A stretch of DNA of 51,419 nucleotides from Acidimicrobiales bacterium. Lineage in GTDB: Bacteria; Actinomycetota; Acidimicrobiia; Acidimicrobiales; JAMCQF01. The stretch spans positions 1-51,419 of the forward strand of contig DAHXND010000180.1 in NCBI GenBank assembly GCA_027366675.1, written 5' to 3'. Position numbers and translations under genes: made by a program. The notes beneath the pieces are model-generated. The model had not been told where the DNA came from and did not search any database. It worked only from the letters and a program-made list of their open reading frames with translations. Numbering within the stretch: the stretch's first letter is position 1; the number at the start of each line of letters is the position of its first letter. Below are positions 37,808 through 44,210 of the stretch, piece after piece.

Positions 37808-37970
37808 TCTCCGGGCCTCGGGGCTCCCCTGGCTGGAGCCTGTCCGGCTCCCCTTGCCTGCTGCCGGTTCGGGGCGTACCCAGGAGATGCTCACGTACTG
37901 GTAACGTGCCTGCACAGCAGATCTTGCGGAGGCGCGCATGAGCCCCACTGATGGCATTGATTGGCGTTCC

Positions 37971-39602
37971 TCAGAGGCCGCTGCCGAGAACACCAGTGAG
38001 GTCACCGATCACGCCGGTGGCTCCCGACACCGTGCTACCGAGGGCGCTAGTGGCTCCAGATGCCGTGCGAGCGAGGGCGCTAGTGGCTGAAGATGCCGTG
38101 CTGCCGAGGGCGGACCCAGCCCCCGACACGGTGTTACCCAGGGCGCTAGTGGCTCCAGAAGCCGTGCGAGCGAGAGCGCTAGTGGCTCCCGATGCCGTGC
38201 TACCGAGAGCGCTAGTGGCTCCCGATGCTGCGCTACCGAGGGCGGACCCGGCCCCGGACAGCGTGCTGCCGAGAGCGGATCCGGCCCCAGACACCGTGTT
38301 ACCGAGAGCAGACCCGGCCCCAGACACCGTGTTACCAAGGGCGGATCCGGCTCCCGACACGGTGGAACCGAGAGCAGACCCAGCCCCGGACACCGTGCTA
38401 CCGAGAGCGGACCCAGCCCCGGACACCGTGCTACCGGGGGCGCTGGTGCTCGCGGCGCTGTCTCTTGCCGAGTTGGTAGCAGAACCTGATGTAGTGCCGG
38501 CGCCAGAGGCCTTCACGGGCAAATGCGCCTCCGAGCGGGGATGGGTCACCGATCCAGTCGGGGCGCTTCCGCCCGCGCGGGAGCTCACGGGACTCACGAG
38601 ATGGATGGCCCTCTTCCCGCTGGCCGGCGTGTTGCTGCCCTGAAGAATCACGGTAGGTACGATGACGCCAGCCGTGGCAACCGCAGCGAGAGCTCCGAGG
38701 AGCAGCAGGCGCGCGCTGTGCCCGGCAGCGGGGGCCCCTGACGTCAGAGCCTGAGACCCTCCAGGCATATGGCGGGCGAGCGATAGCCGCATGGCAGCGA
38801 GTTTCTCTCGTATCGCACTGGCGGCCCGGCTTGGTATCGCCCAGAGACTGGAAAGAGCGCCACCCAGCAGAGCGAAGGCCCCGAGGCCACCCTCGCAGAT
38901 CGCCTGGTATTCGCGTTTCAGCGCTTGCCGGGCACGCCACAGCAGGGTTTCCACCGTGCTCACCTCTACGCCCTCGCGCTCTGCTATCTCCTGGTAGCTG
39001 AGTGACGATCCTTCTCTGAGCTCGAGGACCATCTGGTGGCGCCGGTTCAGTCGCCTGAACGCCAACGATGCGATCCGGCGATCTTCTGCTTCCAGTACGG
39101 AAGCCTCACCGTCGTCTCGCTGGATTGCCGCTTCCACCTGGTGGCGACCAGCGAGATCGATATCTGCGACCGGGATGCTCCGGTGCCGCTTCCTGAGCTG
39201 GTCTGTGCATAGGTTGGCTGCGATCACGCTGAGCCACGGGTAGAAGCGCCTGTCTCCACCGAAGCGACCGAGCGCCTTCCAGGCCTTAATGAAGGATTCC
39301 TCGGTTACGTCCTCTGCCTCATGAGAGTCGCGCAGCCTCCTCATGCAGAAACGGAAAAGCCGCTCCCTGTAGCGGCGGTAAAGCTCCTCGAACGCTGAGT
39401 GGTCGCCCGCCTGGCACTGCTCCACCAGCAGGCGATCTCTGGCCAGATCCACGTCGTCCGAAAGTGACAGCCCTACGAGGGACCGATCCGCTCGACTGAC
39501 TCTCCAGCGAGAAGCTCGCTCCTGCCGCTGGCTCTCGTGCCCCCAGGCGTCTTCCTGCTCCCACTGATCCCCTTGCCCCCACTGGGCTTCTTCTATAGCC
39601 AT
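37971..39602 (-). CDS. ECF-type sigma-70 factor fused to hydrophobic segment(s) and a C-terminal 11-residue-repeat domain
   Basis: Region 2 is FEELYRRYRERLFRFCMRRLRDSHEAEDVTEESFIKAW. Region 4 is LNRRHQMVLELREGSSLSYQEIAEREGVEVSTVETLLWRARQALKRE. The same frame continues with hydrophobic stretches (aa 236-256 and 298-320). It then runs through 12 full plus 2 degenerate copies of GSTVSGAGSAL to the stop at 37971. Confidence 0.75.
   Translation of the reverse strand: MAIEEAQWGQGDQWEQEDAWGHESQRQERASRWRVSRADRSLVGLSLSDDVDLARDRLLVEQCQAGDHSAFEELYRRYRERLFRFCMRRLRDSHEAEDVTEESFIKAWKALGRFGGDRRFYPWLSVIAANLCTDQLRKRHRSIPVADIDLAGRHQVEAAIQRDDGEASVLEAEDRRIASLAFRRLNRRHQMVLELREGSSLSYQEIAEREGVEVSTVETLLWRARQALKREYQAICEGGLGAFALLGGALSSLWAIPSRAASAIREKLAAMRLSLARHMPGGSQALTSGAPAAGHSARLLLLGALAAVATAGVIVPTVILQGSNTPASGKRAIHLVSPVSSRAGGSAPTGSVTHPRSEAHLPVKASGAGTTSGSATNSARDSAASTSAPGSTVSGAGSALGSTVSGAGSALGSTVSGAGSALGNTVSGAGSALGNTVSGAGSALGSTLSGAGSALGSAASGATSALGSTASGATSALARTASGATSALGNTVSGAGSALGSTASSATSALARTASGATSALGSTVSGATGVIGDLTGVLGSGL
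37974..38435 (-). repeat. Tandem 33-nt repeat array, 14 units (12 full and 2 degenerate), in frame with the sigma gene
   Basis: Read directly. For example, 38403-38435 and 38370-38402 differ at 1 nt. Units 38403-38435 and 38337-38369 differ at 9 of 33 nt yet encode the identical peptide GSTVSGAGSAL on the minus strand. Confidence 0.95.
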
Positions 39603-39949
39603 GACCCCTCCCAGACCCCCTTCTCAGGCGATCATCACCAGGCGTTTGCACCCGGCAACAACCGGACTACCGAAGCTGGCCCTGCGGTCGGCCCAATCGC
39701 AGTTCCCCTATAGCTCGGGCTGACTTCCCCCGAAATTGCTGTTACCTCACGTATATCACGCTTGGTAGTGCTTTGCAAGCGCGCCGTGTTCGGGTTCTCA
39801 CCACAGGAGCTTCTGGCGGTGATCCCGGACGGATGATGGATGCTACCGCAAGTTCCCGATAGGGCAGCCGTTCCCTCTCCGTGGGGTTACCGTTCGTAGT
39901 GGTGACCGGAGCGAACGGGAATACACGAGATGCTCTATAAGGAGTCAGG
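39603..39949. promoter_or_regulatory. Divergent intergenic control region between the sigma fusion gene and the surface-protein/sortase operon
   Basis: This 347-nt gap lies between divergent start codons. It contains the inverted repeat ccgttcg-N15-cgaacgg (39890-39896 / 39912-39918) and an AAGGAG Shine-Dalgarno at 39939-39944. No confident -35/-10 pair was identified by eye. Confidence 0.4.
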
Positions 39950-41614
39950 ATGATGCTATATGAGGGGAAGATGTACAGATCCAGGGGTCTTGCCCTCGCA
40001 GCCGAGGCAGCCCTTGTCACAGCAGCCGTGCTGCTCGTGCTGCTCTCGAGCGTGGTATTCGTGGCATTCACCGATGGAGCGGCAGGAGCCGCACTGGCTC
40101 CCACCTGGAAGGGGAGCGCCTCGGCTCAGGCTCTCAAGGTATCCCTCGCGGGTACCAGCCTCGTAGGCGGAGATGCCACTTCGTCACTCTCGGGGACGCC
40201 GGCAGAAGGGGCGAGTGCCTCCTCGCAGATGCAGTCCCCAGATCTCCAGGCAACTGGCTCAGGCGAGCTCCTGCCGGTCCTGACAGCGCAGCAGAGCGCC
40301 AGGGTGACGGCGGCTGGCCGCCAAGACTCGCTACCGCAGGCCTGTGGCACCCCCTCGCTTCCCTCGCTTCCCGCTCCATTCACCTCCCTGCTTGCTCTTG
40401 GTGCAGGGTGCGGCTCAGCGACTGCCACAGCGACTGGACCCGACGAGGCTGCGAGCGCTACCGGGAGCGTGGCCAACCTGACCATCGGGCTCGGAGGTCT
40501 GTTGAAGGATGTGCCGGGGCTCAGCAGCGGCCTGTCGAGCCTAACATCGGCCCTCCAGTCTGCCCTTGGCTCCCTGCCGAGCTTGCCGGGCGGCGGGGTC
40601 TCGCCTACCAGTGCGTTGAGCAGCGTGCTGGGTGTCTTGAGCCATGCACCTGGCAGCCAGTCATCGTCGGTCTCTTCTAACAGCAGTGGCAGCGCCGGCG
40701 CGGATGGTGGGGGTGCCACCGTGGAAGGCAGTGGGTCATCCTCGGCATCCTCCAGCGGAGGCTCGGGCGGCTCTTCCGGCCTTCCATCGGTCCCCGGGCT
40801 CTCATCGCTGGCTGGGATCGTCCAGGGCATAGTCGGCTCACTCCCCGGCATGGCAAGCGGCGGCGTCTCCCCGGCAAGCGTGCTCGAAGGCGTCCTCGGG
40901 GTGCTCTCGGCGAGCCAGCTTCTCTCTGCGCAGATTGGCCAGTCCCAGGCAAGCATGGCAGCCACCGGGTCGGCATCCCTTCAGGCCTCGTCCACTGCAA
41001 ACGGGGGTAGCGTGGCGCTTTTCCCAGGGCTGGATGGGGGTTCAACTGCTCTCCTGACCGTGAACGTGGCTGCGGCGAGGAGCGTGGCGACCGAGCCGGC
41101 TGACGGCCAGCCTCCCACGGCGAGCGTGACGCCGGCCGTAGCCACCGTGACTGTTGCCCTACCGGGCACGGCGCCACAGACCCTGTCAGTCGGTCCTGGC
41201 AAGTCGGAGACGCTCTTCTCCGGGACGCCGCTCGAGAGCACGATCTCAGTCGCTGGAGGTAATACCTCGGTGCAGGGAGATACGGCTACGGCGAGCTCCC
41301 AGGGGGTTCAGATAGACCTGCTCCAAGGTCTGGATGGCGGCGTAAACCTCGATCTGGCCTCTACGAACGCGTCAGTCGACACCCCGGCGGTTCCGAGCAG
41401 CAGCCCGGTGAGCCCAGTCCCACCGGTGCAGGTGACGTCTTCGAGCACGCTTGCTCCGGTGACGGGCGTGACAAGCGTGCACACGGGCGAGCCGTGGGCT
41501 GGGGGGCTTCCTTACGCAGCGGGCCTTCTGGCTGTCGGGGCGGGTCTCATGAACCTACAGCGCATCCGGCGTGCTCTGAAACGCCTGCGGCTCCATCATG
41601 TCTCGGATAGATGA
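39950..41614 (+). CDS. Ser/Gly/Ala/Leu-rich secreted protein with a C-terminal cell-wall sorting-signal-like tail (candidate sortase substrate)
   Basis: N-terminal hydrophobic anchor or signal (ALVTAAVLLVLLSSVVFVAF). An internal roughly 40-aa duplication lies at 40511-40642 and 40790-40909. The C-terminus reads LAPVTGVTSVHTGEPWAGG, then the hydrophobic LPYAAGLLAVGAGLM, then the basic tail NLQRIRRALKRLRLHH. Confidence 0.6.
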   Translation: MMLYEGKMYRSRGLALAAEAALVTAAVLLVLLSSVVFVAFTDGAAGAALAPTWKGSASAQALKVSLAGTSLVGGDATSSLSGTPAEGASASSQMQSPDLQATGSGELLPVLTAQQSARVTAAGRQDSLPQACGTPSLPSLPAPFTSLLALGAGCGSATATATGPDEAASATGSVANLTIGLGGLLKDVPGLSSGLSSLTSALQSALGSLPSLPGGGVSPTSALSSVLGVLSHAPGSQSSSVSSNSSGSAGADGGGATVEGSGSSSASSSGGSGGSSGLPSVPGLSSLAGIVQGIVGSLPGMASGGVSPASVLEGVLGVLSASQLLSAQIGQSQASMAATGSASLQASSTANGGSVALFPGLDGGSTALLTVNVAAARSVATEPADGQPPTASVTPAVATVTVALPGTAPQTLSVGPGKSETLFSGTPLESTISVAGGNTSVQGDTATASSQGVQIDLLQGLDGGVNLDLASTNASVDTPAVPSSSPVSPVPPVQVTSSSTLAPVTGVTSVHTGEPWAGGLPYAAGLLAVGAGLMNLQRIRRALKRLRLHHVSDR

Positions 41615-42851
41615 CGCGGCCGGCCCTCGAAGTAGCGGTGCGCGCGCCCTGCATCCAAGCGTCGTAGCCGGTACACTTCTAATCTGGGTCGTTCTAGGAT
41701 TCGTTGGCTACGCTGCCGGCTGGACGTTCCGGAGCCATCGCGCAGACCAGGCCATAGTTCACTCTGTGCATTCGCAGCTTTCCACGATCAGCGTTGCCGG
41801 CTGCAGGCCAGTTCTGCCATCGAGCGGGCAAGTAGCTGGCATACTGTCCATTCCATCCCTCCATGTGAAGGCTCCCGTGGAGCAGGGGCTGGCAGGCGCG
41901 GTGCTGGATGTGGCAGTTGGCCACGCCTCCCAGTCGGTATGGCCAGGGCAAGGTGGCTCGGCCGTCTTCCTGGCCCACGACGTCAGCTATTTCAGCAGGA
42001 TCGACGAGCTCGCTCCCGGCTCTGTGATCACGTTCCAGGGTCTTCCTGAAGGTTGCAGGAAGCTGACGTTCGAGGTCACCGGCCACGACGTCGTTCCCGC
42101 TGGCTCTCCTATAGCTCAGCAGGCAGAGCCATCCATGGTGCTCGACACCTGCTGGCCCGTTAACGCGCTCTGGTACACACCGAACCGCTATCTGGTGCGC
42201 GCCGTGGAGGTAGGAGGCTCGCCTTCCAGGGTCGGTCCTCACTCCAGGGTCAATCCTCACTCCAGCGCCAGGAGCGCTGCTGCATCTAGAAGCGAGAAGG
42301 CGCACGAGAGCCCGCCGGGGAAGGCGGGAGTATCGAGAGCGCTACGGGAAGTCATGGTCAACCCCTCCTCCAGCTGGTCACTGCCGGCGTCATCGAACCT
42401 GGAAGTCCCTGCTCCGGCTGCCCTCGTCGCCCAGGGCCTGACGCTCCAGGACAACGAGGCACCCATGGGAGCCATGGCGCTGCTCGGGAGCCCTGCGTCG
42501 AGCTGGGCAGAGTCGCCAGCCCCGCTGGAGGTGGAGGCCAGCGCTCTCGAGGAGTACTTCGGTGCACTTCACGCGCTCTCTCAGGGCGAGGCTGCCTGGT
42601 GGGCAGATCTCGCTCCAGGAGTCACATTTCCCCAGATATTCGACGGGACTTCTGTGGTAGCCCATGACAGCGGTCTCGACGTCACGATCACGGCAGAGGG
42701 GACGCACCCGCTGGAAGTGATCCTCAGCTCCACCGTCGGGTTGTCAGGCGCATCAGTGCCAGGGGGATCCGGAGCTTACCGGCTAGAGGTGAAAGAGGCC
42801 GTGGAGGGCGGATCACTCTTCATAACTACATGGAGCGTGACGCCCGCATGA
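41598..42851 (+). CDS. Divergent sortase (class E/F-like transpeptidase fold) with N-terminal TM anchor and a roughly 200-aa C-terminal extension
   Basis: GILSIPSLHVKAPVEQG...VGHASQSVWPGQGGSAVFLAHDVSYFSRIDELAPGSVITF...MVLDTCWP...RYLVRAVEV reproduces the order of sortase His, Cys (TC.P) and Arg motifs. The usual AGHR is replaced by LAHD. There is a 17-nt overlap with the upstream gene. Confidence 0.6.
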   Translation: MSRIDDAAGPRSSGARALHPSVVAGTLLIWVVLGFVGYAAGWTFRSHRADQAIVHSVHSQLSTISVAGCRPVLPSSGQVAGILSIPSLHVKAPVEQGLAGAVLDVAVGHASQSVWPGQGGSAVFLAHDVSYFSRIDELAPGSVITFQGLPEGCRKLTFEVTGHDVVPAGSPIAQQAEPSMVLDTCWPVNALWYTPNRYLVRAVEVGGSPSRVGPHSRVNPHSSARSAAASRSEKAHESPPGKAGVSRALREVMVNPSSSWSLPASSNLEVPAPAALVAQGLTLQDNEAPMGAMALLGSPASSWAESPAPLEVEASALEEYFGALHALSQGEAAWWADLAPGVTFPQIFDGTSVVAHDSGLDVTITAEGTHPLEVILSSTVGLSGASVPGGSGAYRLEVKEAVEGGSLFITTWSVTPA

Positions 42852-43810
42852 TCCGAGCGCTTGCTATGGGGCTGAAGTTTTTTCCCCATGTGACCGCAAG
42901 GGTCCTGAAGCTCCGGCGTTTCACCGAGGTGGTGAAGACTCGGGGCCTCGCAGCGCGGCTTTCCAGTACGAGCTGGCGAACGCGTGCGATCATTTTCTCT
43001 GCGGGCAGCCTCGGCGCGCTGCTCACAGGTGGGATCCTGGGTGGAGCTCTGGGTGGGTTCCAGGTCTCCTTCCCATTCGCCGGAGCGTCCAGTCATGAAG
43101 GAAGGGTTCCCGCCCCTCGCGCAGGAAGGGTTCGAGCCCCAGGCAGAGGAGATGAGCTCAGGTCGCAGGATGTGGCCCTGATGTACCCTGCAGGTACATC
43201 GATCGCCGGGAGCTTTGGATCATCAGCCCCCGGTAGCAAGATCCCGGGAAGTGCTAGGGGCGCGACAGGCCCCGAGCTGGCCACGACCCCGGCCAGTGGT
43301 ACCGCCCATGGCGAGCCCGATTCGGCAACGGGAGCCCCACCCCGGAGCACGGATCCCACTCCGGGCTCGTCGAACGGGGCCGGCCCCGGCACTTCCTCGG
43401 GAGCGGATGGACCTTCCGGTGGGTCCACGACGCCGGTATCGGGGCCGGTATCGGGTACGCATGAAGGCTCGACCAGTAGCCCCCTTCCTGGCCATATCGA
43501 TCTCGGTAACGGCACTGTCCAGGTAGCTGCCAGCGGTAGCGGGGTTTCCGTCTCTGCCGGTAAGGGCGCGGCGGGCATCGGAGCAGGAAGCTCCGGGATC
43601 AGTGCTTCCCTGGGCAGCGGCGCAGTAGGCGTCAGCGCCGGCAGTTCCGGGGGCGGATCCTCGGCCACGAGCTCGTCTGGTAAGAGCGGATCCCCGACCG
43701 CGAGCTCGTCTGGCAAGAGCTCGCCAGGTGTCAGTGTGAGCGTTGCCGGGATCGATGTCGGCATCAGCTCTGGAGGCGTGACCAGCAATCTGAATCTCGG
43801 AGGTCTGTGA
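42830..43810 (+). CDS. Gly/Ser-rich membrane-anchored hypothetical protein
   Basis: The ORF overlaps the sortase gene end by 22 nt. It has one hydrophobic segment (AIIFSAGSLGALLTGGILGGALGGF), followed by a low-complexity P/S/G/T region and GSG(V/I)S(V/A)S-type repeats. The exact start is uncertain and no family was recognised. Confidence 0.4.
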   Translation: MERDARMIRALAMGLKFFPHVTARVLKLRRFTEVVKTRGLAARLSSTSWRTRAIIFSAGSLGALLTGGILGGALGGFQVSFPFAGASSHEGRVPAPRAGRVRAPGRGDELRSQDVALMYPAGTSIAGSFGSSAPGSKIPGSARGATGPELATTPASGTAHGEPDSATGAPPRSTDPTPGSSNGAGPGTSSGADGPSGGSTTPVSGPVSGTHEGSTSSPLPGHIDLGNGTVQVAASGSGVSVSAGKGAAGIGAGSSGISASLGSGAVGVSAGSSGGGSSATSSSGKSGSPTASSSGKSSPGVSVSVAGIDVGISSGGVTSNLNLGGL

Positions 43811-44000
43811 CTGCCTCCACCTAGATCGCAGCCTGTGACACGGGGGGACGCCTACCGGCTTGGTCGGCCCCCCAGAGGTCGGTATCGACCCCCCGTGGGC
43901 TGCATTGGCGCGATACATGCCCCTGCACGGGGCTTGCCCCTGGCTGCAGTTCCAGAGAGGGCTTTCATTCGGCCGGCTTCCCAGCGGCCAGCTTTCCGGT

Positions 44001-44040
44001 AGAGGGCTTCCCAGTAGAGGGCTTCCCAGTAGAGGGCTTT
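44001..44040 (+). repeat. Non-coding tandem 15-nt repeat agagggcttcccagt, about 2.7 units
   Basis: Read directly, in the 400-nt gap upstream of the mce operon. Confidence 0.85.
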
Positions 44041-44210
44041 CATGTGCCGGGCTTTAGCGGCTAAATATCTCACTTCCTGTGGTCGGCTGGCCGCAAGGCA
44101 AGGGGTGTTGCCACGTTACCCAGACAGGGGAGCAGTCGAGGATAGGCCGCTCCGATCGGAAGGACTACAGCAGGGGGCCTTCAGTGGTGCAAGATACCGA
44201 CAGGGAAGGT

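Noticed and set aside
36989-38005. Long version of the MceG ATPase ORF (338 aa).
   Set aside because: The first 66 codons precede the conserved N-terminus, have no SD and would overlap the end of the sigma fusion gene. ATG 37807 with a GGAGA SD gives a normal-length MlaF-like ATPase.
37974-38435. Possible CRISPR array, given the regular 33-nt periodicity.
   Set aside because: The units are contiguous with no unique spacers. They are in frame inside a CDS. No cas genes or leader are nearby.
37951-38643. Plus-strand ORF translating the 33-nt array as (A)DPAPDTVLPR repeats.
   Set aside because: The minus-strand frame is continuous with a bona fide sigma-70 domain. Units that differ at 9 of 33 nt stay identical as peptides only in the minus frame. 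The plus ORF has no recognisable N-terminal domain.
43852-44073. Small ORFs on both strands (43860-44057 plus, 43852-44073 minus) with GLPSR / EALYW repeats.
   Set aside because: The repetitive peptides are just the translation of the 15-nt non-coding tandem repeat. Neither ORF has an SD or a family resemblance, and both strands are equally open.
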